Positions 39,341-51,691 are shown, counted from the whole stretch's first letter. The stretch: 60,380 bases of DNA, filler included, from Basidiobolus ranarum (GCA_040143965.1; 9 parts of 9 records of this genome joined end to end with filler, not necessarily neighbours in it); one strand, 5' to 3'. Program-made: numbers and translations. The notes: a model not told the origin generated them from the letters alone.

Positions 39341-40210
39341 TCAGATACGAGGAATTGGACATCTATTAGCGTAGTGTCCTTTTTGACCGCACTAAAATAT
39401 ATATCGAGTTAAACATATGAAATTCCTGTAAAAATAAAGTATGCAAATAAAAACCTTGAAGCAAGTAACTTCTTCACGTGGTCGATAGTTTCCTTGTTGC
39501 TGGAATTGTTGAGGCTATAGCGAATAAAGTTAGTAACATGCTCAACAATATGAAATTTCTATTTAGGTTTACCTCTTCAGAATCTGGATTAGTAGAGTGT
39601 GCAGCATCGGTTGATTGTGCTTCAACTTGCTCCTTATTTTGCGTTGGCAACTCGTATTTGGGACTAAACAACAGAAGTTATATTGATGAAGGATAAATGC
39701 GAAAAAATTTAACGTGATTCAGAAATAAAAAAGGTAACAAAGAGGATACTGTCCATTAGGACAATTAGGACCTTGAGGGCAAAAGCCAGATAAATACAAT
39801 TGACAAGCGACCATGCGAACGTGCTTATGGCGACAATTAGGACCTTAAAATAAAAACGAATTTGAATTTTTTTTTCTCGAAAACATTGTTCGATCTTTAA
39901 CGTTACCATGTTTACAAAATCCACGAGCATACCAGGGACATTCTTTAATTTTTGATTCAGGATCAATATGGAGATAAATACACTCATCACCATTACTGCA
40001 TTCGTTGAATTTAGAATAGAACCAACACTCGGGCATCTTCTTTAAATTGTACTCGTGTAAAAACTCGCATTGATCACCCTTCTTACAAAGACCTCGTAAC
40101 CAATGCTTACACACGACTGCCTTTTCTCCGCGTGAGTGCTTGAATTGACAGTTTGATCCTTTCGCGCAGTTCCCTTTCAAGTAAAATTTACATACACCAG
40201 CATCTTACAT
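39341..40210 (-). CDS. YTH1: Cleavage and polyadenylation factor CPSF30/Yth1, 5' truncated, multi-exon
   Basis: Five CCCH fingers (VCKHWLRGLCKKGDQCEFLHEYNLKKMPEC, CPWYARGFCKHG|PNCRHKH) and a spliced C-terminal knuckle VTCFK|CGQKGHYANRCP. Confidence 0.95.
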
Positions 40211-40254
40211 CAAGAAGCGTTAATAAATGGACAGATGAGAGAGACAAAGAGATC

Positions 40255-40354
40255 NNNNNNNNNNNNNNNNNNNNNNNNNNNNNNNNNNNNNNNNNNNNTT
40301 AATTAATTAANNNNNNNNNNNNNNNNNNNNNNNNNNNNNNNNNNNNNNNNNNNN
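40255..40354. other. Artificial contig linker
   Basis: N44-TTAATTAATTAA-N44. Confidence 0.99.
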
Positions 40355-41054
40355 GTGGTGAAGCGATGTTGAATGGAAGATTGCCAACCAAGTGAACATT
40401 ACTAATACTAGTGGTATCTAAGTCGATTTCTGGTAAGTAAGGGGCCCACAATACAAAGAAGAACACACTTACCTCCACTTGTAATTCCTGCTGTTTTCAA
40501 TATCTCATTGTGATCAAGGGTCAACATATCGCCCTGGATCACCCTCAGGCGATTATCGGTGGCATCGGACAGTTGCTATAGTTTTGAGGACAAAAATTAG
40601 CGAAAAGCGTCTGTTTTTATGTAAAAGCTTTATAGCTTACATTTAGTGTAGGTAAAAATCGGTCGTCTTTCTCAACAACAACGACATTCTTCGCACCGGC
40701 GCCTAGAATTGATCTAGTTAGAAGTCCAGGTCCTTTAAAAAAATAACAAATTTAGTAGAGAGCTAACTGATAATCGAAGAATATTGACCTTTACCTGGAC
40801 CAACTTCCACCACTAAACTTTTGTTTAGATCGATGTTTGCCGTTTTGATGATTTTATCTTTTGAAATCGAAAGGAAATATATATATATATATATTTAGCA
40901 CAAATAGTAACAAAAGTACTTCCAAAACTACCATACCGGTGACATTCCGGTCAAGAATAAAATTTTGACTAAGTTGTTGTCTTGCTGACAACCCATATAT
41001 TTTGATCAAATCTCTTACTGCTGGAAGAGGTGGGAGTTGTACGGGTGGCCTCAT
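40355..41054 (-). CDS. TFB1M: Mitochondrial rRNA dimethyladenosine transferase (TFB1M/KsgA family), 3' truncated; 5 visible exons
   Basis: LPPLPAVRDLIKIYGLSARQQLSQNFILD, VVEVGP|GPGLLTRSIL, VVEKDDRF, GDML and HLVGNLPFNIASP. Confidence 0.92.
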
Positions 41055-41298
41055 TATCTAACGGTTACAGTTGTATTAATAAACTGCAGAGCAACTTCTC
41101 TACAATCAGATCTTTACCTATCGAATTTTAAGTTAGGATTGAAATGTTGAGAAATTTTCCAGAAAAGTAGATTACACTATATTCCTGAATACATATATGT
41201 ATCATGCAATAATTTCGTATATTTAATATCAGTTATTGATTTGTACCAAATTGATGGAGTGAAGCTTGGAACAACTATTGACAGTCAGCCTTTTCACT

Positions 41299-41990
41299 AT
41301 GCCAGAATTAACTAACCAGGTGGAAGCTGACAAAAGAGCACGCTCACCCACCCCTATTATGCTAAACCTATACACATATGCACCTTCACCATCGGGGACA
41401 CATCTATCATCCGTACAAGACCTAGATCCTGTCATTACCACTCCCTATCAACCCAATGCACAAAATGGGTCTGCCACTGTCAATCTTAACCACATTTTCA
41501 CTGCCAAGAAACCAACTATTAGGAGAAACTTATCTTCTGACATAATTAGAGCAGCCGATGTTTCCATTAAAGATAAAGCAAAAAAAGGTAAAACAATATA
41601 TACATATATCTTCTCAGAGTGTCGCTGTAGCATAACTACTTTATACAGCGAGTTCTAGTTTCTCTAATGCCATGTACGCTCTATATAATGACAACTCCCT
41701 ATTTATGTATCGAACAAATGAAAGAATACATCACAAACTTCCCCAAATGGTCCGAGAGAAGGTAAAGTTTGGTATTTTTCAACAGTCCACCCATTACCTG
41801 ACTAAACTGACACTTTATACAATAGAGGGAACTACGTAACATCAACGAATCTGTTAATATCGCTAATTCCGACCTTCGAGATGGGTCCGAGGTACTGCAG
41901 ATTATGCAAACGATAGAGAATTTCGATGTTATTTCTCAGTTAGCGCAATCCTCACTCTTATTAATGAAGACCATAAAAGAGGCTAAATAA
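41299..41990 (+). CDS. BORCS8: BORC subunit 8 (BORCS8/MEF2BNB)-like protein; 3 exons
   Basis: Introns 41588-41648 and 41762-41825. Spliced C-half IKDKAKKASSSFSNAMYALYNDNSLFMYRTNERIHHKLPQMVREKREL resembles the BORCS8 core as I recall it ([36 protein letters not shown]). Confidence 0.7.
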
Positions 41991-42350
41991 GCATATCTTG
42001 AAAGTAAGATTACTCGTAATCTTGATAGAGGTAGAAGCGTTTAAGAATTTGTAAATAATAAATAAGAAAATATTCAACTTGATTTAACTAGTAGAGTAGG
42101 ATGAGCAGGAAGTGATTTTTTCTTTTTTCAGTCCTGGCGCGGGTCATAGATGCATCAATTCTGATGTCCTTTTCACAGGGAATGATGAGAGATCGGTTCC
42201 TTCTTTCTCGATTCGGCTTTAATCCTAAGGGAACATAGTGTATGCATCATTTTAACGTTAATAGATGGTTCAAATATCCATATTGGATTATATGCTCAAC
42301 AATACTTCTTGACCTGTTACTAATATGTCTTCCGTATTTCAGATATCGAC

Positions 42351-42829
42351 ATGTCTTCTGATCTTACTTGGCTTCTTGTAAAGGACAACTCCAGTTTCCT
42401 TGTTAAGCGTAATGGAGTTCAATTCACCACCGAACCTAACAACCTTACCAACTTGAACTCCTTCAAGTACTCTGGCCTTGCTAACTCCAAGGTCGTTGGT
42501 ATTTCTGCCAACCCTTCCGGTAAGGGAGTTGTTCTCAGCACCAAGAAGCAAGTTATTTCCAGCAGCAAGCCCGCCAAATCTTTCCAAAAGGTTGCCATTT
42601 CCGGTTCTTCTCGTAGAGCTGCCAAGACCATTGTTAACGTCACTGCTCGCTCTGGCTACCGTGCTGACTTACGCAAGGTAAATAACGACTATGATTGAGA
42701 TATGTAGTAAATTTAGGTAATTAATTTTCATTATTTTAGGCTGCCCTCGGTCGTCTTTCCGCTATCCTTGCTGCTCAAAAGCCCACCAAGGTGACCAAGA
42801 AGTGTGGTCGTTCCACTCTTCGCAAGTAG
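42351..42829 (+). CDS. RPL28: 60S ribosomal protein eL28; 2 coding exons
   Basis: MSSDLTWLLVKDNSSFLVKR..EPNNLTNLNSFKYSGLAN..GYRADLRK|AALGRLSAI. Intron 42678-42739; probable 5'UTR intron about 42240-42342. Confidence 0.96.
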
Positions 42830-43179
42830 ATCTATGAAGATAGCTAAATCACTGTAGATTTTGTATCTTTGTGTATTCATCAAGCGTCGATTTCGACTAA
42901 TGTTATTTCATATACCTCGTTAAATAAACAAGATTACTACGCATATAAGTAGTTGCATTCACTTAATATCTTTCATATTTACCTGGAATATATCCACCGA
43001 TTAGTGGTTTGTCCGCTTCTCCTTAAAATTGATTATAGTATTGCTGTAATCTGTTCGAAAAAATACTTGGATTAATCATACCAAAACTAAGTCAAATCAA
43101 ATCAATCGTCTAATTATTAACTGTAAAGCTTTCTTCTCCTTTTGTATAATTTTAACTTGGAATCAAGTCGAACAATTCA

Positions 43180-45577
43180 ATGGAGGAAAATAATTTCGAT
43201 GTTGTTGTACTTGGTACTGGACTTATCGAATCGATTCTTGCTGGGTATTGATGTTCTTTTACGTATTTAGCTTACATCAAGTAATTAACGACAAGAGATT
43301 CTTTCCATAAGAGCATTATCTAGGGTTGGAAAAAGTGTGCTTCATTTAGATAGCAACCATTATTATGGTGGAAGATGGACAGCTATGACTTTGGTTGACT
43401 TCATTGAACACTATCAAAATATCTTAGGTATTATTGGGCCTTCTTTCTAGCTAAATAATACAAATACTCAACCCTTTTTTCTACGGTTAGTGAAGAAAAT
43501 CGATCCAAAGGAGGGTACAATAGGTAAGTCGTTATCTATCTACAAATTAACAGGGTACATTTTAAATAGTTTGACTTTAAGACGGCGAAGAATCTTCCGA
43601 TTCCATCAACTTTTACAACAATTATGTAAACACCTTTGAGGACGTTGAAGTACAGCTGTACCACAGTGCTATAGAATCCACAACTCAAGAGGAAGTAGAG
43701 AATGAAACATCTAAGGATGCATCGGATTTAATACTAGAGCTCATTGACTTGATATCGAGTAAAGCTAAATGCTCTGCAATCGCTCAAAAAATAGAGAATT
43801 ATGCTAAATTAACTCTTGGACTTAATACACGAGAACTTGAGGATGCCGTTCGCGTCGAGTCCACGCGTCAGGCAATCGCACTCAAATCCCAGGCGGCAAC
43901 AGGTCATGAACTGCAAAGTTTTGTTACTACAGGTGTGAATAAGTTGAAAGCCTCCATAATCCGAACATCAGTAATCCTACAACATAGTAGACAATACAAT
44001 CTTGAGATGTCACCAAAGCTTCTTGGCTGTAGTGATCGACTGATTGATGATCTGGTGGCATCGGGTGTTTCTCGCTATTTGGATTTCAAACTTTTGGAAG
44101 GAACGTATATGGGCTGGAATGGAAAATATGACAAGGTATTGAGTTATTATGTTGAGGTTTATAATTGATTATCAACTAATAGTTGTATGAAACAGGTGCC
44201 ATGCTCTAAAGAGGATATATTTACCAGCAAATCCTTGAGTCTCATTGATAAGCGGAAGCTCATGAAGTTTTTGACTTACGCCATGGACACTTCATCGGAT
44301 CCCACCATCTTAAACGGTAGCTAGATATCTATTTATGTTAGCAAAATAGATAGGTATATATTGACGAGAATTCACAGAATACAAGGAGCAACCTTTTGAC
44401 AAGATGCTGCGTGAGAAGTTTCTCATCAAAGATAATTTGCTGAATGCCGCCATTTATGCTATCGCATTGATTCCAACCACAGGGGCAGAAGGTTTTTACT
44501 GAGTTTATTTGGTTCTCCATATGGCTTGAAATTCTAATCCCCTTGTTTAGTTACAAGTGAATTTGGCCTAGAGTGTACGCAGAGGTACTTGAAGTCTTTA
44601 GGTAGATATGGCAATTCGGCATTTCTTCACACCATGTATGGTAGTGGTAGTGAGATTTCTCAAGGATTTTGCCGGTATGTACCGTTTAGAAATAGGATTT
44701 TTGCAGAACACCTTCTAACACCCTGCATCATCAAGTCTTTCTGCAGTTTATGGGGGTATATACATGCTTGGACACAGCATAGATAAACTCCGATTTGATG
44801 AAGAAAGTAAATTATTTAGTATTGAATGCCAAAATGACAATGTTTTCAAAGCCCCGATCGTCATCTCATCCAGCGATTACAAGTCGAAACATCTGAACTA
44901 TGCTCAAGAAATGAAGTAAGAATCTACTTAAATCTGCTTATAGCCAAGATGGTTTCTTATGGAGTGAAAATTTAGGACTACTAAAGTATCTCGTGGCGTC
45001 TTTCTAATTGATAAACCAGTGTTTCCCGAGACACAATTAATCAAAATCGTCACACCACCATTGTTCGCTGACAATCCAAACCCCGTATTTGCCTTACAAG
45101 TCACCAATGGAGTTCAGGCATGTCCCAAGAATCAATGTAAAGTAACCTTTGAATGTTTAGTTCGTCGAAGCGATTACTTATTATCATTTCAGTTGTTGTC
45201 TACATGTGGACCCTCTCCTCCAATTCTCCACGAGGTGACCTTTTCGAAATCGCCCAGAGTCTCTTGAGCTTTGATGACTCCGAAAGTGAGTACCATCTTC
45301 TGTTTACCATTTCGCGACAAATCCACTAACAACTCATTTAGCCAACAAACCCAAGGTTCTCGTCTCATTATTCTGTCAACAGACCGTAACCAAACCCGAA
45401 ATGATAAATGATGTCACCGCCAATATTTTCTTGACTAGCGACCCCGACCATGGGATAGACTTTACTAATGTCGTCGATGAAGCTCATGAAATATTTAAAA
45501 GAATCTGCCCTGGTGAAGAATTTTTAGAGCCTACACCAGACCCTGAAATAGAAGCGGAGTATATTCAAAATGAATGA
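43180..45577 (+). CDS. MRS6: Rab escort protein (REP/CHM/Mrs6, GDI superfamily); about 11 exons
   Basis: FDVVVLGTGLIESILAG|ALSRVGKSVLHLDSNHYYGG, a long REP-type insert, then SRQYNLEMSPK, VPCSKEDIF, SLGRYGNSAFL and YGSGSEISQGFCR. Confidence 0.9.
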
Positions 45578-45770
45578 ATTTCATTCCATTTTCTACAACA
45601 TTTATACAAATTCACTACAAATAAACTGACATGGTCAATCATAAGTGTTTGTCTTTTATTTATAATTGCTCTACTCTATAAGTAATCAGGCAACAATACT
45701 AGTTTAAAAATACACGAAGGATAATGTGTAGAGAGGGATACTTGGATGTATCTTATTTCAGCCTCATGGC

Positions 45771-46402
45771 TTAACCACTGGCGGTTTTAGTGTATTGCTT
45801 CTTACCAGTAGTGAATGGAAGGTATCTATACTTGACCATGTGTTGAATCTGATTTCTCATAGTAAGAACAAATAATAGAATGAAATACATCAACAGGACG
45901 GGCCAGAATACTGGAAGATCCAGTGTGGTAAATAGGGTACAGAAAAGAGCGAAAATAGTGGCTTTAGTGGCAGAATACCTATACAATAAGAGGAAAAAAG
46001 ATTAACAAAACTCTTGTAACGAGTACTAAAAAAATCTTCTTACCAAAACTTGAATTCGGGAAGTCGGCGTACAAAAGGACGAAACTCTTCGTCAGCCTTG
46101 GTTGGAAGTGAAGGACCTTGATCGTCCTCCATTTCCATATCTGCTTCAAGAGCAGGATCGAACTTCGGGCTTAAGAAAGCCAGAAATAGGTTCAACAAGT
46201 AAATGCCCAAAGCATAACATACGACGTACCAGCCTTGGGCAATAAGAATACGAAGTGTGAAAAGAAACAAAATCCCGGCAAAAGCACCCCATCTTTGTCT
46301 TATAAAAGGCGTAGTGGAGTCAAGCCATGCTTGATATTTACGTTCTAAAGAGATCTGATATGAGGACACTGTAGTATCTGAGGGAGCTTCTTCCATATTC
46401 AT
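45771..46402 (-). CDS. RER1: Golgi-to-ER retrieval receptor Rer1; 2 exons
   Basis: QGWYVVCYALGIYLLNLFLAFLSPKFDP, EEFRPFVRRLPEFKFW|YS and DLPVFWPVL. Intron 46043-45979. Confidence 0.96.
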
Positions 46403-46970
46403 AGCGGCTATTGAGTTAAGAAAAAGAAATAAAGAATGTGAGCTTATTATTAGTAAATGAAACGAAAATAGCTCTAGACTAAATGAAGATTTAGTAACTG
46501 TGTTGAGCTTAGGTCTGATATTAAACGGATTACTCATAGCCAATCAAACACTCTCCGATAGATGAAGATAATCCCAAACTTGTGTTACTAGCGGAGAGGA
46601 ATATTATGGGTTACCTGGCTACTGTTTGATAGTTCCCATCAACGCAATGAGCCAATGTAAATGATCCGTACCATTCCTACGAATACACCTGATATGTTTA
46701 GTCCGACAGGAATTTCAATGATGTACGACAACGGCTTATTCAAACAGAAAGTTTGGAATTATTTCACGCGCCGGATCCACCATTTCTCTTCTCGTTTTGC
46801 TCTAAACGATTTGCCTGATGCTTGTTTGCTAAAGAAGCTTGGTTAACTATAATTTTATGAGGGAATCGATTGTGTCTCATTCATTTTCATCCAAATCTGG
46901 AAACTCATTTTTGCTTCAATCCACCCCATTTTTTCACACTTAATTTCAGTTTACTCAAAACTGGTGTTAG

Positions 46971-47070
46971 NNNNNNNNNNNNNNNNNNNNNNNNNNNNNN
47001 NNNNNNNNNNNNNNTTAATTAATTAANNNNNNNNNNNNNNNNNNNNNNNNNNNNNNNNNNNNNNNNNNNN
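46971..47070. other. Artificial contig linker
   Basis: N44-TTAATTAATTAA-N44. Confidence 0.99.
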
Positions 47071-47206
47071 CTCACAGACTAGATTTAAAACTTTTTTAAA
47101 ATTATTTCGCAAAATATCTCTTTTAAACCCTAACTATGATCTAAATTAAAACTTAATTAGAAACCAAATTCGAGTGGACACTAGGTTGCTTTATCCAAAC
47201 ACAAAC

Positions 47207-48323
47207 ATGAGTCAAGCTGAATGCTTTCCCTCAACCTCCCCAGACATGGATTCAGAATTCGATAAATCTTGTGAACTTAAAGAGATCAAGCGACGCAATC
47301 GTCTCAATGCAAGACAAGTGAACAGGCTGATGGAGGTATTCGACCAAACCACAAAGCCTAAGACTGAGATTCGTATTAAACTGGCGGAAGAACTAGAAAT
47401 GCATCCCCGCGCAGTTCAAATTTGGTTTCAGAATCGTCGTCAGAAATTGAAAAAGGGAAATCATGAACATAGTTCCTCAGAATTTCAAAACCCCATAGAA
47501 GCCGCTAAACTCACTCTATCACATCCTGGTTCATTTCTGAATTCTCAACCCTCCACATCGTATATATCAGACTTGGAATATTCTTATTTAGTGTCCCCAA
47601 CTGCCACATCCTTCAACCTAAAAGCACCTACCAGTTCCTAACTAAATACCCATCACTAATCTGATGAGCGTTCGAATACTCTGTTATATTCGGGTAAATT
47701 ACATATGAGCAGCTTCTGAAAAGACGTTCTGGCACTAACATTTGCATTTCCATCTAGTCAGAGGAGTCCCCGAATGTGAGGAGCCATCTAGTAACCACTC
47801 CCACGACTCACTGACGCTCTTACATACATGCGATACTACAGCCTTACAAAATCAGAGCATGTTCGACCTTTCGAAGTTGTCTCAAGACCCTGCTCTATTT
47901 TCGGAGTCAATAGAAACACCCAACATATTAGCCTCTAACTATCCCGAGGATTTTGGTACGACTCCCACTGTGTACTCTGGGCTTGGTTCTCTAGGACTAG
48001 ATTTATCAACGCAGATTGACCTTCTTCAACAGCAGTCATTCAATACCTCGTATGTGAATAAGAAGAAAACCCCTAATACTACTGATGAATTTAATTGGAC
48101 AGATTGCAATATGCCTCTGGATGCTACCAAGATGAATGCCATGAAGAATAGAGCTAACACGAAGTCTCGCTCAAAGTCCTTCCAACACCAGGAAGATGTT
48201 GACTCTGACTCAGCAGCCTGCCCTTGGAACCGTTTATCACGCTCAAATTCCTCTGACTTTCAATTGAAGCAGCCACCTTTAAAGAAGCGTAGACATACCA
48301 CCTCAATGCTCGAGTTCTACTAG
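47207..48323 (+). CDS. Homeodomain transcription factor (Q50 class), apparently truncated by in-frame stops
   Basis: KRRNRLNARQ..LAEELEMHPRAVQIWFQNRRQKLKK. ORF stops at 47641. Intron 47694-47757 would join this frame to the 47758-48323 ORF. Confidence 0.8.
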
Positions 48324-49234
48324 TTGAACTACTTCAAGGAGCTAACCATAGGAACTTTTGGTTGTAGCCACCAGGAAAATCAACACCATATCCTACTTCT
48401 AAAGCCTACCTTCCAGACCAGTTAGTAAGGTTTGCATTGGGTGCTGAGAACAACTACTCGCCTGTACCTTACTCACACTTTTCTCTAATCACCTTTATTA
48501 TATTTTAATACTTTAACATGGATATTTTTAACTTAGTGCGTGAACATCAAGTAGGGATATAATTTGTACAAACCTTCAAGCGGATTTTCCGACAATACCA
48601 TTCCAACATATACCTTGATCACTACTTAGAAGGTCTAGATGTATACCCCTATCCTACGATTATAAATCACAAATAATAAACAGCCTTCAATACACTGTCC
48701 AAGAAACACCAAACTGGTCGAATTGTCTCTTTGGTGACCATTGTGTCTCTCATCTGATGCTTGACTTTGTTAGTCCGGCCCTATACATCGAATGAACCAC
48801 TCGTGATCATGGTTGAAATGCGTGATATGACACGACTCAACCGACGAAATGTGCTTACCTGATAAAAAGGCCTTTAAGGTTTCCATTTTCAGGGAGATGA
48901 GCTCCCTATTTGAAATAGCTAAAAGAGCAAACTTCGCAGCCCATCCAACCTAGTTTTTCCATTGTCATGTCTATGTTCCAAAGTTCAAAATCATCGATCA
49001 ACTAATAAAATGGCCCGATCAGTATACACTAATGCCATGCTATGCCTAGTACCGCGAGTAGATCATTATCATCCATCTCTTAACAACTCGGCCCACTCTA
49101 AGCCAATGCTGACCGACAGGGGTTCAGGCTTGGAAGTTTGGAGTAAACACTACGGAAGAGCGGGATTAGATCGATGGATGCATGAAATTCCCCAGTAAAT
49201 ATTTATTGAAAGTAAGATGGAATAGTTGAATGAA

Positions 49235-50125
49235 TTAACTTTGTTTAGAGAAATATTCGGGAAGAATATAATGAAGCTTATTAGATTTACATAATTCGAG
49301 TGGAGTCATGATACCATATTTCATACCACCAATAATTCCATCGGTGATGGTACCATTGATGATGGCTTCTTCGAGTGGTTCTAAAATGGCAATCAATAAT
49401 CTCTTGGCGTTGGCTGCGTTGGTTACCATGGTCTTCATCACAGCATCTGCAGTGACGGCTTCTTCCGACTCTCTCCAGCAATCGTAATCAGTAGACATAC
49501 ACACCATTTGATAGGCAATCTCGGCTTCACGGGCCAACTTGGCTTCAGGTAAAGCAGACATATTGATAACGCCCCCGCCCCAGGCGCGGTACAAGTTAGA
49601 CTCAGCACGAGTGGAGAAAGCAGGTCCCTCCATACATACAAGAAGTTTATCTTTATGAACAGTTAACCCTTCAACCAACTCACTATGCTTAGCGATAATT
49701 TCAGCGGCAGGTGGGCAAAAAGGGTCGGCGAAAGCAGCGTGACCAATAATTCCTTCCCCTTCAAAGAAAGTGGATGGTCTAATGCCTTTGGTACGGTCTA
49801 TAATTTGGTTAGGAAGAACAAAATGATTGGGCTCAAGTTCCTCTTGAAGTGAACCCACAGCGGAAAAGGCAACGATAAGTTTAATACCTAAACTCTTTAA
49901 TGCGGCGATATTGGCTTTGCTTGGGACCTCAGAAGGGCTGAACTGGTGGTGAGCTCCATGACGAGCCAAAAAAGCAATTCTCAAACCACTGGGAATTTTA
50001 CCAATTAAAATTTTGGACGAAGGAAAGCCCCAAGGAGTATTTGGGTATATTTCCTCAATAATCTCCAAGTTGTCTAGGTTGTAAATACCTGAACCACCGA
50101 TAACCGCAATATTGACAGGATGCAT
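49235..50125 (-). CDS. MEU1: 5'-methylthioadenosine phosphorylase
   Basis: IAVIGGSG, FLARHG, SAVGSL, MEGPAFSTRAES, INMSALPEAKLAREAE and STDYDCW. Confidence 0.96.
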   Translation of the reverse strand: MHPVNIAVIGGSGIYNLDNLEIIEEIYPNTPWGFPSSKILIGKIPSGLRIAFLARHGAHHQFSPSEVPSKANIAALKSLGIKLIVAFSAVGSLQEELEPNHFVLPNQIIDRTKGIRPSTFFEGEGIIGHAAFADPFCPPAAEIIAKHSELVEGLTVHKDKLLVCMEGPAFSTRAESNLYRAWGGGVINMSALPEAKLAREAEIAYQMVCMSTDYDCWRESEEAVTADAVMKTMVTNAANAKRLLIAILEPLEEAIINGTITDGIIGGMKYGIMTPLELCKSNKLHYILPEYFSKQS

Positions 50126-50613
50126 TGTTGAGTGAGTGGATAAGTTAAAGGTGCAGGTGCAGATGCAGTAGATGGTTGAAAGTAGTCAAGCCATTCTTAT
50201 TCTAGGCAAAAATTCCTAATGTTGGGGAACAGAATTAGTCAACGGATGTGAGCCAATCATTTCTACTCCCTCTTTATGTTGAACTACACAAAGCGGTGTT
50301 TTGACTAATCACATTGATCTGTTTGTGATTCTCCTCAGGATGCTAGGTAACAGGCATTGGCGAATATTGATGATTTCTGGGTGTTCCATGTACTGAGTAG
50401 CAGGTGGGACCCAGGAGATGTAACGTTTGACCGTTAAGGATACATGGCTTGAGGGGAATGTTTCAAAGTAGGTTCGCATGGAACTGCAGAATTGATTGAT
50501 TGATTCCCTATTTAAGCATTCACAAATTACGTTCTTTGACCAAGTTTGTACCATCCAGAGGTGATCTGTTTTGAAATCCCGTTCCCGAGCCATCCATATT
50601 TTAGTCGTCTGAG

Positions 50614-50720
50614 GCTCATATCTATGTCTCTTCCAAGGATACTTTCGTCCATATTACGGATCTCACTGGTTGCAAAGCTAAGGCTCGTGTTACCGGTGAT
50701 ATGAAATCAAGACTGGTGCT
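50614..50720 (+). pseudogene. RPS14: Decayed fragment of ribosomal protein uS11 (RPS14)
   Basis: AHIYVSSKDTFVHITDLTGCKAKARVTGDMK versus conserved AHIxASFNDTFVHVTDLSGxETIxRVTGGMK. Frameshift follows and no intact start is present. Confidence 0.75.
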
Positions 50721-51691
50721 TCGGAAATTATTCCCAGGAATAGGAAACATTATCAATCAACATTCTGAAAATTTGTTCTTAATGCAATGCACCTTCAAAC
50801 TCTATCAAGTGGCGAACATGAACGAGGTAATTGCGAAGGCTAAGAGTGTTGATCAGAAAGGATGCATTTGTAGCGATATCACTCGCGTGCTGACGGCTTG
50901 GTTGGCTCTCAGTTGTGGGGTCTCTGGGCCCGATATGGCACAGTTACATGGATGATACTTGCATATCCACACATCCTTCAAGTTTAGACAATCGGTGCTA
51001 GCTCATTGATCGGTACATACTCTGTTTCGTTGACTGAGTAGCTGTTGGCCAACCAAGCGTATCTTACTGGTGCCGAAGTTCATATTTAATATAGATAAGC
51101 CTATGCTGGTAATCCCAATGCTGATTTAATCAGTAACTGGTTAACCACTTATAGGTAGTAGTTGTTGACCCTAATAGCCATTTTCCCAGTTTTATCCGGG
51201 ACATTGAGAAACAGTGTTTTCTGAATTCCCGCACTCATTGGCTTCGTTTTTAAAAAACGTTGCAGTAATCATATAATCACTAACAGGCTTGGTTCACCCG
51301 AGAAATATCCACTGACCAATCCAAATCACAGAGTCTTTTTGCCTGACAGATTTTCATTGGAATGATCCATCAGTCATATAAACCCCAGGTAAATCATAAG
51401 AGACATGGTAAAGTAGAACCGATATAGTATTGTAAACCAATCAAGAGATCGATTTCTCCGGTTTTGAATGCACAAACTCTAACCGATGAAGCAAGCAATC
51501 ATTAGAGTCTAACGATCAACACACATTTCAACAATTGCTCCAAATATTTGGTTCATATCATCTGAAATATCCGAAATTTAACTCATTGGAGTAGCTGAAG
51601 ACATTTATTTGACAAGTCTGAAACTTGAAAGATTCTTGTTATGTAGATATCATCGGTGTTAAAGGGATTCGACAGTAGTCGAGATGTCAAC

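Noticed and set aside
42160..42345. Box C/D snoRNA near RPL28 (ATGATGA at 42182)
   Set aside because: No downstream CTGA D box with a terminal stem, and the motif lies upstream of the probable leader intron.
47639..47659. TAA-to-Gln codon reassignment to explain the homeobox stops
   Set aside because: TAA is the genuine terminator of RPL41, GCV3, uricase, Rab5, RER1 and others, and no conserved gene here has an internal TAA.
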